This document shows positions 25,172-39,840 of a stretch of 64,000 nt of DNA, one piece after another. The notes under the pieces are model-generated. The model had not been told where the DNA came from. It searched no databases and worked only from the letters and a program-made list of their open reading frames with translations. This DNA is from Selaginella moellendorffii (lineage: Eukaryota; Plantae; Lycopodiophyta), in NCBI RefSeq assembly GCF_000143415.4, contig NW_003314274.1:2214623-2278622 (forward strand), read 5' to 3'. The position numbers and the translations under genes are program-made. Within the stretch, counting starts at the first letter, position 1. Each line of letters opens with the position of its first letter.

Positions 25172-25862
25172 TCAAACGAACCGTTCGGAGGCTCCTCTTA
25201 GTCGACGGGCCAAATGTAAGTCCTTGGGCACTGGTATAGAAACTGTCAGCCAGTTCCAAAACAAAGAACTCTTTTCTCTCTTTCAAATGCTTACTTATGG
25301 TGACTCTCTTGCCGTGAATGGCACATAAGTTGGTGTCTTCGAAGAGATGAACAAGGTAGTCCTCGGCAGCCTGTGCAAAACAAAGCAAAGATTTCAAGCG
25401 AGAAACCACGAAAAGAAAGAACAAAGAAGAAAAGGAGCGCTCTTTCGACCTCTTGGAGAGCTATCAATCCTTCGGCAGTCCATCTGGATACCTCCGACGA
25501 GAAAACGTTCGTGATCTCTCTCACCTATCGCAAAAGCTTTGTCAGAGACTAGAGAGGCAAAAAAGAGAGGAAAAAAAAAAAAGAACTTGGAGAACTCACC
25601 ACTCTTGCGAATGGCAATGGCCTGAGAAGTAGCTCATAACTCTTTTGAAAGCGTCGGATCTCCCGCAACGCCACAGTCCCGGGCTTAAACCTGCGCTTGC
25701 CGTGTGGCTTGTTCTGCTGGGCGCCGGCTCTGCTCGTCCCAGCGCCATCGCCGCCCGCTGCGCACTCCATGGATCAAACCGCACCCCAAGAATCTCAAAG
25801 AAAAGCCGCCTACCTGGTGGTCGCCCTCGCTTCCTCGGCGTCGATTTCCTCCTCTTGGCCAT
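25172..25862 (-). CDS. CENH3: Centromere-specific histone H3 variant, 138 aa, 5 exons (25862-25814, 25757-25600, 25524-25450, 25370-25295, 25230-25172)
   Basis: GT-AG splicing gives [112 protein letters not shown]. Divergent N-tail, longer loop 1, and the F>W and Q>A changes typical of CENH3. Confidence 0.93.
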
Positions 25863-26236
25863 GGCAAAAACCCTCCTCTCGCTCCTGCGATCCCCTACCG
25901 CCGACTGATCACCGGCAGGGAGCCGAGATCACACTGCTCCTCCTCCCTTCTCTTGATCGAGCCCTGGAGCTAGGTCCATTTCCCGCCCAGCTCCAAGGGA
26001 TCCAATGAGAGAATCTTTTCTCCACGACACCAGGATATTCCGCCTAAAATAGCAACCCCTGCTTTAATGCCCCTTTCTTTAAAGGGGCACAGTCGTAAAA
26101 ACTCGATTTTTTTACATGCGAGCGAGAGATTTACTTGCTGGGAGGAATTCGCGGCTCCCTGGTCATCGAATCCACAACAAAGTCTATCAGGCATGGCTCG
26201 TACCTTGAGAGAAAAAAGAGAAGAGAAAAGATTGGC

Positions 26237-27772
26237 TCACAGTTTTTCCATCTTCTCGACGATGAGGCCCAGCTTTTCTCTATCGCCCGCCTTCTTGAAC
26301 ACATCGTATAACACCTGCATCGTGTCCACTGACCACTTCCATCCCGCCATCTCCATATCTTCGGAAACCTCCATCGCCATCTTGCCGTCGCCGTGCTTTG
26401 CGAAACCCCGGACGAGCAGCTCGTAAGTCGAAGCATACATCCGCCACCTTGAAACCGCCTTCATGGATCTGTAAAGGCCGCCCAGCTTCTCGGCTGCCGA
26501 GTTCTCGAAGAACGCCGAAACCACCTCGTCCAGCACCTCCGGGTCCATGAAAGCTCTGCCTTGCTTCACAACTCTCTTCATCTCGTGCTCCACCTGGTCG
26601 AATTCACCGGCGGTTAGAAACGCGTCCAGGATCACTCCGTTGAGACGAGTCGTGTAGACGGTTCTCGGAGCCTGCTCCAGGATGGCTGTTATGTCTTTGA
26701 TCTTGGAGAACATCTTGTTCTTGGTGTAAACCCGGATCATACGCTGAGCAGCGATAGCACCGATTGGAAGCCCGCTCTTTTGCCGATCCGCAAAAGCCTG
26801 CTCCATCCTCTCCACCATGTTGAGCTTTTGATATCCGTGTAGCAAGATCCCGAAGGTGAAGACGTCCGGCTTGCAAGAGAGTTGCATCTCCCTGTATCTC
26901 TCGTCAACCTTCGCAAGGCTTCCCTTCTTCAAGTAGGAGAAGAGCAGCGTGTTGTAAGTGACTACGTTGGGAGTGAGCCCGGCTTTCCTCAGTTCTTCCA
27001 GCCATTTTTCCATCTGGACGATGTCCGAGCTTCTGCCGTATGCCGCTAGAATCGTGTTGTAAGTGGAGACGTTGGGTGGGCACTCGGCCCACTTCATGTT
27101 CTCGAGCATCTTTTCGGCCGCTTCAATCTCTCCACTCCGGCAGAAGACGCTTACCAGAGCATTGTACGTCGGCGTGGACATCTTGATTCCTTTGATCTTC
27201 ATCTCGGAGACCCAAGCGTGAGCGAGCTGCGGCATTCCAATGCTTCCGGCGTACGCGATCATGTTTGAGTATATCTGAGGCTTGCTAGCATCAGGGAACT
27301 CTTGCCTGATCCAGTCGAAAACCTGACAAGGGAATGCAGGAGTTCGAAAGAAATCCCAGGAGCAAAAGTTCTAAGAACACAAAGGACGAAGAAAAGAAAA
27401 ACTATCAAGGAATGCGTACCGGAACGCGAGCAAGAACACCTCACGAACAAAGGAAAACTATAACAAAAAGAACGTCTTCCTAGAAGAAATCGAAACTCCA
27501 CTCACCTCGATGCACAGGAATTTGCTCCTGGCCTTCTTCTGCAGAGTCTGGATCAGCGGCTTCCAGAAATTGCAGTTGCGCATCAGACCTAGCTTGGATC
27601 GCAGCACATCCTGCCGGCATTGCTGGCTTGGTGCCGCCTCCAATCGCCTCAGCATCAGCCTGGCTGAAATCGCCAGCCTTCCATCTTTAATCCTAGGCGT
27701 CGGCGATGATCCGACAGTAGCCACGCTGCTGCATTGGCGACGCAGCTGAAACGATTTCAAAAATTTCAGCAT
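26237..27772 (-). CDS. P-class pentatricopeptide repeat protein, probably organelle-targeted (exons 27772-27506 and 27322-26237; possible short extra 3' exon to 26131)
   Basis: Tandem 35-aa PPR motifs (TYNALVSVFCRSG, PNVSTYNTILAAYGRSS, PNVVTYNTLL, PDVFTFGILL) and a basic presequence-like N-terminus. Confidence 0.88.
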
Positions 27773-28014
27773 CCACAAGAACCCTAATAGTACGAACGAG
27801 ATCTACAAATGTACGGTAGACAAAAACCCCTGCTTCAGGGTTTATGCGTTCTTATTGATGCCATAGAAATACACAGCGAGATGGAATTCCTTTCTTCTTC
27901 TTTCCGAGCTCCGGTCAAAATGTGGGCTCTAAATCGAACGAAAATCCGGCTCCAGCAGCTCTATCAATCTCCATCCATGCTTCCTTCGATTTGAGATTTC
28001 TCGATCGAAGATCA

Positions 28015-29529
<1,515 letters not shown>

Positions 29530-29699
29530 GGCCGCCTCAATCCGCCACTTCTTCCTCTCCACACAACAAAGAGGCCAGCAAATAAGCCTAGAACTGTGCT
29601 ATCTATCTCCTCCTCGCTAGAGCTTCGATTAGCGCTAATTCCCGCAATAATTCTACCAATTAGCGGGTAATTTCCTCGTCTGCTGGCCAGTAACAAGGA

Positions 29700-29851
29700 G
29701 ATAAGGTGTTCCTGGCCGTTAGATCGCGTCCGACACAGGTGACACGTGGCTCGCGGTTTGTGGCTGCCGTAAAATGGAGAATCCAACGGTCTATTCTCGG
29801 ACGGCTGGGATCTGTTTTTGGGTTGAACGTTGGCGCTTTGTTCTAGGGTTT
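29700..29851. promoter_or_regulatory. Shared divergent promoter of GAPA and TatB-like: I-box GATAAG (29700-29705), G-box GACACGTGGC (29741-29750), telo-box TAGGGTTT (29844-29851)
   Basis: Motifs lie in the 339-bp head-to-head spacer. The I-box + G-box pair is the classic light-responsive module. Confidence 0.55.
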
Positions 29852-29868
29852 ATACGCACGAGCGCGGG

Positions 29869-31094
29869 ATGGTGTCCTACACGACGCTCGCTCTGGCGCT
29901 GGGGGTGTTCATCGCTGTGAGCGGTAGTAATGGCGGAGTGTGATCCATTGTGAATGATGTTTCGATCGTTTGCAGGCCCCAAGGACATCCACAGGTACGC
30001 CAGAATGGGGGGAAGGCTTGTGGGACGAACTGTGGGGTTTGTGAAGACTACCAAGGGCGAATTCGATGGCGTGATGGGAAAATCTCAGATGAGCGAGGTA
30101 ACGCACAATTGCGCAGAGCATCGAGAGAGCTTTACAAAAAATGTATTGATCGTTTTTTGATTTCCTAGGTTCACAAAGAGTTGAAAGAGGCAATGGCTCA
30201 GCTTAATGCTATACGGTATGAGATTCGAAGTGGTCTTTCCTTCACTGGCTCGCCTCCGGTACGAGAAGTGTATCCTGGTTTGTAGTAGAATTATCTTTTC
30301 TCACTGAAACTAATATGTGTTTTCTTGATCTAGAGGAGTCTGCTACTGCTAGTCATTCTACTACGACCTCCACTGTGACCTCTCAAACCGTGACCACCAC
30401 AACAACAGCCACAGCATCTTCCCAAGGTACTGGATTTTTTCAGCATAAAGTTATTGAGTTTCTATTTTCCAGATGCTTCCTCACATCAAGGCTTCGATGT
30501 CGCTGCTCAGAATTTGGCCTCGGCGACAGCATCACAAGTCACAGCCACGACTTCTGCAAGCTCAGATCACCATGGTCTACTCTCGAGCCAAATGGTAAAT
30601 TGCAATTTTGGATGAGCTTGATGTTTAAGTCATTTCTTTTTCAATTGCAGGAACAGGTAAGCTTTTTTCTCTCTAGTCACGGGCAGGCTTAGTGGCTGAA
30701 GTTTCTTTCAGCTTCGTAAGCAATTCTACGATCAGGAGATGCAGCAGAACAGTAAGCCAGGAGTCGATTTCGTCAAGATGGAAGTAAACCATTCAATCGC
30801 TGCCAGACGACCGCAAAGTGCTCCAGACAAGGAAGTCGATGTTATACCAGTCTCGGCAGCGATAGCAAAGCTGATCCCAGAAAGAACAGGTAAACCAGCT
30901 ACAAAGAAATCCATGCTTGATGCTGATTCTTTCTACATCCAGGTCCAACGACTGGATCGGACATAATGCTGGAAGCCATCGAAGAAATGAAGGTGGCTTC
31001 TCATGCTCTTGTTGTCATGAAGCAGTACGCCGTGAATCTTAGTCAGCAGCAACCAGAGCAAGATCAGCATCAGCAGGACCAGCAGCAACAGTAG
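29869..31094 (+). CDS. Mitochondrial TatB-like twin-arginine translocase subunit, multi-exon
   Basis: Spliced N-terminus MVSYTTLALALGVFIAVS-GPKDIHRYARMGGRLVGRTVGFVK..VHKELKEAMAQLNAIRYEIRS (TM-GP-amphipathic helix). C-terminal IPVSA..GSDIMLEAIEEMKVA resembles plant mitochondrial TatB. Middle exons are uncertain. Confidence 0.8.
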
Positions 31095-31167
31095 CAGTCA
31101 AAAGTTCGTTTTGTTCTCTCCCCCATTTTCCTCAAAAAGCAGAGGATCTTTCGGAGCCCTAAAAAGC

Positions 31168-32512
31168 ATGGAGAATGCCGTGAAGGACTATGCGGCAGGA
31201 CTGGCGGCTGGATTGGCGACTGTGACCGTCGGGCATCCATTCGACACTGTCAAGGTTTGTTTTTTTTCTGATCCAAGGGGTGGCATTAATGTTTTTGTCC
31301 AGGTGAACTTACAAGCCCGAAGCCCAGTAGCGCATGCTAGCGCCATTCGCTGTGCAGGATGGATTCTCAATCACGAAGGGGTAAGAGTGTCCACTTGGGT
31401 TTGTTCTTCTAACTTGATCCGCTTTGTGGATTTTCCAGGTAAGAGGATTGTACAAAGGTGCTACATCTTCTTTTGCCGGCATGGCTGTTGAAGGCTCGCT
31501 GCTGTTCGGCATTTATTCACAGACAAAAGCAAGATTGCAGGTACTACTATCTGCGCGATGTTTTAGTTTTTCTCTCTCAATGATTTTTTCTCTTGGTGCT
31601 TTGCTTAGGAAGGGAGGAGAGGCAGCAGCAAGAACACCCAATCTTTCTACTGTGCTGCCCTCCGCAGCATTCGGTGGAGGAATTATCAGTTTGATACTCT
31701 GTCCTACGGAACTAGTTAAGGTGTGGTTTCATTGTCTCTTAAAATCCTTTCACCTAGTGCTTGAATTTTCCTGTTCCAGTGTAGGCTCCAGGTTCAAGAG
31801 AAGGGTTCTTCGAGCAAAGAGCTGCGAAGATACTCCGGTCCATTGGATTGTGCAAAAAAAACTATTCACGCTGGAGGGGTAAGCAATAAGCTGCTCAAGA
31901 AAACTTGATGGTCTTTCCTCAGGTTCCAGGATTGTTTCGAGGACTGTCAGCTACATTTTTCAGGGAATCTGTCGGAAATATGTGCTTTTTTGCAACATAT
32001 GAGACGAGTCGGTCGTTCATGCTGTCGCACCTTTCAAAGGAGACAAGTTTATCTTCCCGGCTACAAGCAAGCTCATTCTCCCAGACACTCTTCGAGGCTG
32101 TCGTTGGAATCGTTAGCGGGGGAGTATCTGGAATGGCGGTGCAATTCTTTTTCTTATTTCCACTTTCGTAAAGAACTTAAAAGAGTTCTTTGTGCAGTTT
32201 TGGGTAGCAGTTCTACCATTTGACGTAGCCAAGACACGGATACAAACGGCACTCGACTTGAGCGAGTCGAGGAGCTTGCTGTTCAACTTGAGAAAGGTTT
32301 GTTTTAGTTTGAGCTCGATTCAAAATATCATCGTATCTTACAAACACTTGCAGATCCGGAGAGAGCTTGGCTTCCGAGGTCTTTACACCGGCTTGGGCCC
32401 GACTTTGGTGCGAGCTTTCCCAGCTAACGCGGCTGCTATAGTCACTTGGGAACTTACGGCCAAGCTGCTGGGCTCTAGGCAGCTACACACTCTGGAGAGC
32501 TCGCTCGTTTAA
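31168..32512 (+). CDS. BAC1: Mitochondrial carrier family protein, basic amino acid (arginine) carrier BAC1-like, multi-exon
   Basis: PxD/ExxK signatures HPFDTVKV, CPTELVK and LPFDVAKT; GLYKGATSSFAGMA; RAFPANAA. Confidence 0.88.
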
Positions 32513-34095
32513 TGTATTGCAACCAAATTTTTTTTAAAAATTTACCACAGAGAACTCGCATCATTTCCTGCATTGTTGTCAAACATTCCACAATAAAGAC
32601 AAGAAGCTCACAAAATCAGGGGCTGCTGATTGTGAGTTAATTAATAAATTTAAATTCCAATCACATGCCTTGTTAGAGTTTTATACTTAATTTATAGTTA
32701 CTAAGAAAACCATTGAAGAAGTAACTTCTGAGTTCTGTTGTGTGGGAGGTGGCTAAGATTGAAATTTAGCTCAAATTCAACAGTGTGGGAGAAACTCAAT
32801 CTAATATAGAACTTGTGCTAATTGATAAGTATTTATGACTTTCCTTCAAGGTGAGAGATTGTTTTGGCAGAGGCATGGCACTAATTCTGATAGTAGGGAA
32901 TAGCATTAGCTATGATGTGTGAATAGACTGAAATGAGGTAAAAAAATATTGTTAATCAAGCTATAAAAGCCTAGATATCAGCTACAATAATCTAGTTTTA
33001 TCTTATTCTTGTGTTATTTAGTTTAGATTTGTGATCTTCCGATTATAATTATTTCTCTCCTCTCATTTTGCATAACTATGGCTCATTTTTCATGGCTTGG
33101 AAGAGTATTTTGATCACAAAGTGCCCTAATGTAAGCATGGTGCTTCTTACTTTTCATAGTTTGTTTGTATTATAGTACCTTAATTTAGGTAGCAATTAAT
33201 TAGCACAAAAGAGAGTGTGATTAATTGAAGGGCAAAGCATTTTATTAGATGCTTGGGTGTCAGGCACAGGAGCCTTTTCTCAATTTAGCATAAAAACTTC
33301 TTGATATATTGCAAAACCAGTTGCAAAATATTTTCTATTACCAAGTGTCCCAAGTACATAGCAAATGCAACCCTAGCCTATGGCATCCAAAAGGCTTAAA
33401 ATCTAACTAATGCACTGAAAAATGTCACCTTAACCCAAAATTGACGTGTTAAAAAGTTTAACCTGAAGTTGAAATTTATGCAATGTAATATATACAGCAT
33501 TGACCTAGACTTTGCCATGCATATGTGGCAAGCACTAATACATGACCATGCATAAAAATAAATAATGTTCAAAATATTATTCTATATGTTATATATATGT
33601 ATTACAACAATTTAAGCATACATCTGTTTTTTTTCATGATCAAAATACTTCCCCTCTTGGGAGTTTTACAAATTTCTTGTTATAATATCATTACTTTTAA
33701 AGCTTTTTTTAAAAGTGTTTTAGTAGAAATAAAACTCTCAAATTTAGCTATAGAAATTATCCTTTTAAAAATTGAGTGCATTTGATAAAAATAATGAACT
33801 TGAAGTGAAAATATTATTCAGCTTTAAACAATACTTGATTACTGTTCAATCTAGGAATATTTATGATGCAAACCAAAATGCTGGTAAACTTCCCTTTTTT
33901 TTTCTAATGAAATATTTTTACACCTAAATAGTACTCTTCTCTAACTCGAAGAAAGTAAATATGGAACTCATTCTCAATTGTGTTCTTGCTGGATTACTCT
34001 TGTTTCTCTGGTTCTGCTGTGGCTTCTTCGTCTATCACCTGTGGAGGCCTAGAGTCTCACCAAGATCATGTCCGCCCAAGGAATCACTGGGCCTG

Positions 34096-36515
34096 AGATG
34101 TGCTTTCAAGGATGATGTGGCATATTTTGCCACGCAAGCATACAGCTAGCGCCTCAGTCACAGGAGATGGCGGCGCCATATAGGTAGCGGCCAAGGGGAG
34201 AGCGCAGTGTTCTTAGCGGCAGTGGAGATGGAGGCATGGTTCTGGCTTGATGATCGTCTATGGCGTCTTCATCCTGCCTTGTTTTCATTTTTTCCTTCTC
34301 TTTCCACGATTGAGCGATTCTTCTTTCTTTCCTCTATCAGCACAGCGGCGAGCTCGCGATTGGAATGGGAGAGGGGGTAATCGCTGTGGATCCCAGTGAG
34401 CTACCTACAAGCTCCAGGTAAGAGATTCTTCCCATGTGTAGAGAATGTTCTCTTTGTTCTTTAGTCTTTTTTATTTGTGTTCTTCGTGCTTGTCGACCTG
34501 CTGCATGTACTCGTTGTGCGGACCACACACGAACAGGAGGTTCTTCGTCACGTATGTGTACACTGTCTTTGGCAAAGAAGTTCTCGATCTCATGGAGAAG
34601 GTGACACACTTTCCTTGGTTTCGATACGTTCTTGCATTTTCTTTGGTATAGACACAAACTGGTCCTGGATATCATCCCTTGGGTGAAGATCAGGCTCACC
34701 ATGCACTCGATTCCTCTAGCCGGATGATCCAACTTATCTAAAACGAACTCCAGACTTTCCAGTTCGAGGTAAGGAAGAACACGAGCTTGATCTAACTCTG
34801 ATCTTTCTTTGTGTCTGGCAGCTTCTTGAAAGACCACTTCCTTATGCCATAGCTCTCGTCACACTCGAAGAATTAGCGTCTGGTGCTCACAACCAGTCAG
34901 TGCTAACTCTCAAGTTTATCATAGCGGATCCTGACAGACAGGTTCTGAGTGCTTTGTTTTCTCAGTTTGACAACAAGCTTCCAACGATCGGCTTCCAAGC
35001 TACGAGGTCATCTTCCAACGATCGGCTTCCACGTCTATCTGTCTCATCGAGCAGGGGGTGGCAAGATGAACTACCCAGCCAAGAGGTCTATATTATAAAC
35101 TCTTTTTCCAGGCCGGAAAACCATGATGCTTGATGTCATGAGAACTCCTGCAGGTAAGAAAGAGCTCGATTTTATTGTCTTTTCAGATTGCCTTGTGGTG
35201 AATGCTGTACTATGGTGTCATCATGTGCTAGAACCAAGGAAGAAAGTCACATCTAGATCCTTAATATCATCCAAGGCGAAGTGGATCCGGTTTGCGTATA
35301 TTGTTTGTATTTTCTTGATGTTTGTTTTTTAAAAATACGTGCACTCTCGAGGAAGTCACCTTACTTTCAAACCGCGCATAGGGCGAGCTGTGAAAGCGCT
35401 AGAAAACCATTTTCTGATGTATTGTATCGTATTGTTTGTGTGTAAGGTGAGCGGGGCTAAGCCACACAAGCATTCTCCATCTGTTCAGCAAGTGTATCAG
35501 TCAGTACGAGAAACTCAGGAAGAAGCAGGCTTTCTTGGACAATTACCGCAAGTTTCCAATGTTTGCCGTAAGCTCTAGATCCAGTTTCATCCTCGTTTCT
35601 CAAGCCTTGCTCTTTCCAGGACAATACTTAACCAAGTTTGATGAGTCAAGAGAAATCGTACAGAGCCCAATGGTGGACGAATACAAAGCATGCAAATCCC
35701 CTGTTACATCAAGTTGGGAATCCAGGTACGCTAAACTTTCTCCAACAAGCTTCGCAGAATTGCCGCAAGAGCAGCAGTCATGTTTATACCCTCTCTGACT
35801 TTGCTGTGCAGTTCAGTTTTGATACGATTTCCAGGTATGAGTTTTTAAGTTCTTTCATCCCTCACATATGAAGCCGTCAGAGCATTGTGTTTGTGTTCAG
35901 GTTTCAACGATGCCTGAAGAGATGTACAAGGTAACTCATGCCTTGGACCATTACGTTTCCAATATTCTGCGCAGGGGCATGGAGTCCGAAAGGAGCTTGC
36001 ACTCATGTTTGAGGATTTAAAGCCAGGATTCGTTTGTTTTCCAGGTGACAAAATCTTTTAAAGTTAAAGCATGGCTCTTTCCAAGTTATGTTGAAGGTGG
36101 AAGCTTGGGAATTTTTGCATCGAAGGTAAGCTTTCCAATTTTTTCTTCCAGGTGAGTATCAAACTTGCTTCTCCGGATTGCCATCCTGAAATCTGGGCCG
36201 TCCATTGGACAGTTTAGACTTATTATAAACAATCTGAGCCGCCCACTGTATAAAATCTGGACCGTTGTATTAATTAAAAAAGCTGTCGATCTAAAATGAT
36301 CTGAACCGTCCTATATTTAACTAATAATGTAAAGTGGGATTTTATGACTGGATTTGACGAAAAGCCATGGCGTTTCCTGCCGGTCAACGCTCTTGCTGTT
36401 GATGGAATAAATGGTTAGAGGTCAGTCAATGGCAAGTCAAAGCTCTCGTTTACTTGAAGTAAAATGAGTATGTGGAACTGGGATTATATGTGTGATTTTG
36501 AGTAAAAGTTTTCCA
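34096..36515. other. ~2.4-kb insertion in the CYP pseudogene with intron-like GT/AG gene fragments and short ATCTG(G/A)(A/G)CCG repeats near the right end; possibly a Pack-type DNA transposon
   Basis: Interrupts CYP exon 1; repeated motif at ~36190-36310. No matching left terminus or TSD found. Confidence 0.3.
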
Positions 36516-37169
36516 TGTGTGTGCTCTCTTCAGGAAATGTGGTAAATTTTGATGATCTTAGGACAATTTATATAAATTGTGGCAGGAGCTGTATAAAATG
36601 CACTGGTGGCTTGTGGAGTCTCAATAGGATCTTGCGGAAATGAATCTCACAAGGAAGGTTCTCATCAAAGGCTTGGAGATTTTCGGGAAATCCCCTGTTT
36701 TGGCGAGGATGGCCAATGGCATTTTAGCAGTGGAGCAAAGGTGCATTGTGGTGCCTGTGTTTCACGCTGACAAGATCAAGGTCTATAAACACTACAATCA
36801 TCATTGATATCTCCGGATAACTATCTCAATTGTAACAGGGAATGGTGGTACAAGAGCACGCAAAGCTTCCTGGAGAATTGGGAGATACTGGTTCAAAATG
36901 GCAAAGCTGGAGAAGAAACTCACGATGTTTTTCCTGAGTTTGTGGATCACATAGCATGCATCATCAATTTTGGGCCAGTTCCAGCACCTCCATAACCATT
37001 GTCAAGCTCTTGTGTCTCTTGCTTGCTTTGCAATGGCAGCAAGTGAGATATGTGTGGATATTTTCATTCATCAGGTAAAGTTAACGTTTACAAGATTCTT
37101 TCATACTCCATCTTTCTTCCTCTGAATCGTGAGAGATGGAGAACCAAGAGAGAAATCCATCACTTGCTC

Positions 37170-39050
37170 CTGGGGTGGTCACTCTTACAATTTATCAATG
37201 TCCATGCACGATTTAGACTCATGTGTTTTAGGGTGTGAAAAAAAGAAATATAGAGGATTGGTAAGGATAAGCATGTATAAGGAGGGAGTTGGAGTTGAGA
37301 TCCATAGAGTAGTAAGAGTGTTTTCAAGTATGATTTTTATGAGGGTGAAACTATATAAATCATAATGTCCCAACAAGGAAATGAAAAATAGAGATAAGCA
37401 AAGTAATTATCAAATATTTAATTGTGGACATAGAACCTTTAAAGGATTTGCATAGAATTTTTATAAGATTGATTTTAAGATTTGTGAGTACATGGAATAT
37501 GAAAACGGAATACAGAAATGTCCATATTAATTAACCCAAAACTTTAATACATATATAAGAGTGAGTGGTTCAAATTGAAACCAATTTAATGACTATCAAA
37601 ACTTTGTAAATTTATAAGGTTTAGCATAACATTCAACAAGTTAATCCTTTAAAAATTATGCATATGCAATGGGTAAAATGTTTTGTACAGGAGGATCATA
37701 AATGGTTAGCCCCACATACAAATCTGTTAATGCTTCCTCTTGATGTTCCTTTAATGTCAACTAAAAAACCCTGACTTCCTTCTAAGAGGAGGACTTGTCT
37801 TTTCTATTGAGCAAGGAACCCTTTAAAGAAATTATATACTGTAAGATTGAGAAAATATATTAATATCAAATTATCCACTTTGTATTTTGCATGTGGATGA
37901 TAATGGGAGTTGTAACATTGTTGTTGTTCCATTTGTATGCAGCTCAAGTGTTCAGTAAATTTTGCTTGATTTAGTGAAAGAATGCTCATCAAATACTAAT
38001 CTGCATTAGTAATTTGTGAAAGTCACAAAGGTAAACTTAACTTTGTTAGTAATATTAGATTATGACCATATAAAAATTTATATGGTGAAACATAAACAAA
38101 ACTCTATACCCCTATAACATATGCATACCCAAGAGATGACAAATAATAATCCCAATCCAAATGCTGAAAATTCACATACTTCATGATCAAACAAACCATT
38201 CTACTAAACCATCTATTTATAATAAACATTTGTGAAAATGTGGCATATCCTCAACTGAGATGTTAAAACATGAAATGCCTCAATCATAAATGCAAAACCA
38301 TTATTCGAGAGAATTTGCTCTAAACAAGAATGCTAAAACACCACTCGATTGAAAAAGAAGTATCAAACAACAATTGCAAATGCACTGGCAAGAGCATTAA
38401 CTTCTACATAATGAATCAAATAGTCAAAAATGATAATGACATACTCATTATTAATAGTTGACCGTGGAAAAAGTATTATCAAATCAAATATCACCAACTC
38501 AAATGAATGAGAAATTGCAATTAATTTCAATTGTCCTTTTACTGCATGAGAAAGAGTATTACAAGTTTGGCACCAAATGCAGTTATGCACATATTAAATA
38601 ACATTACATTACATCTCTGATTAATTAAAAAATCTATGCAATTTCTTAGTCACACAACAATATCCCATATGCCTACCTAGAATAAGAAAATCATAATAAG
38701 TATGGAAAAAGTATGAAATAAATATTAAAGGCACCACCAACCGTAAATAATTATCAGGATCAAAATAAAAAAGGTCAAAATGATATTGAAAATGTAAATA
38801 CTGAAATGGCATATCATTAACAAATGATGCAAAATTTTTAAACCCATCAGATTCATAATTTAACATTTTAAGCCTCATTAACCTCATCAATAAAAGGTAT
38901 ATCTTGTTCTGCAATTTGTGAATACTAAACATTAAATATAACAATTACCAATGGCACAGAATCCTTATCTAGAAAATCCACAATTGCTAAAACAATAGAC
39001 TTATCAAAAACAAAAAAAAAAGAGTGAAAAATAAACATTCCAATCAATGA
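37170..39050 (-). mobile_element. Decayed fragments (LTR at ~37483, integrase) of the same gypsy family as 56796-60363
   Basis: TGTGAGTACATGGAATATG.. LTR remnant; ORF remnants CIWCQ..HSFELVIFD and LGRHMG. Confidence 0.75.
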
Positions 39051-39299
39051 TGAATCATGTCTTCAAAAGTTTTCTTTTCTAATGACATCCCTGTGTATAG
39101 TAGGAATTTGGCTTAACACCTAGAACATTTAGAGATGGCATTCAAACCATTGGAGGAATTCTCACTCGTTGCCAAGTTCTCCAAGTGCATTTTTTTGCAC
39201 CATGAAGTCAAGTATCTGGCAAAGATAATCTCCAATTGAGATTCCAAGTTCTTGAGCAGGTTCTGGACCAAACTGAGCTTCATCTCTGCATACCACCCA

Positions 39300-39840
39300 T
39301 AGACAGACAGCAGGATGGAGAGGTGAAACCAAACAATGGCTTTCGGGGAGCTTGGTGAAATGGCTACTTTTTGCTGAGTTCGCTTACAATTCTGCATCAC
39401 TCGGGATGTCATCATTCCAGGCTTTATATGGTTGGCAAATTTCACTGCCTTGGACAGTTATGGACGGTTGGATGTTGAGGAACATCTATGGGGTTACAGA
39501 TTGACCAAGCAACGGTTGGAAGCAGCACGGGCCACTATGCGGTTTTATGTGGACAGGGAATTTCAAGTGGGATACTGGGTTTACGTTAAATTCCGGCCTC
39601 GATACACACTGGGATGGAAGGCCCGAGCTAGATCCAAGCTACAGGCTCGTTTCTTTGGGTCGTTTCAAGTCATCAACGAACTGGCGTACCATTTGAACTT
39701 GCCGGCAGGAACTCATCTACATGCTGTCTTCCAACCGTTATAGGATTCGGTGGAAAGGTTTGGATGACACCTATGACACCTGGGTGACAGAGGAGCAGCT
39801 TAATCAGTTGCTGGAACTGCTCACTCAAAGCGTTGATAAG
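39300..39840 (+). mobile_element. Chromovirus integrase C-terminus and chromodomain fragment
   Basis: REFQVGYWVYVK..KLQARFFGSFQVI..LAYHLNLP..HAVF followed by IRWKGLDDTYDTWV. Confidence 0.75.

Noticed and set aside
4194-25862. Idea that the CENH3 gene next to a retrotransposon pile marks a centromere
   Set aside because: The location of the CENH3 gene says nothing about where the protein is loaded, and no centromeric satellite array is evident.
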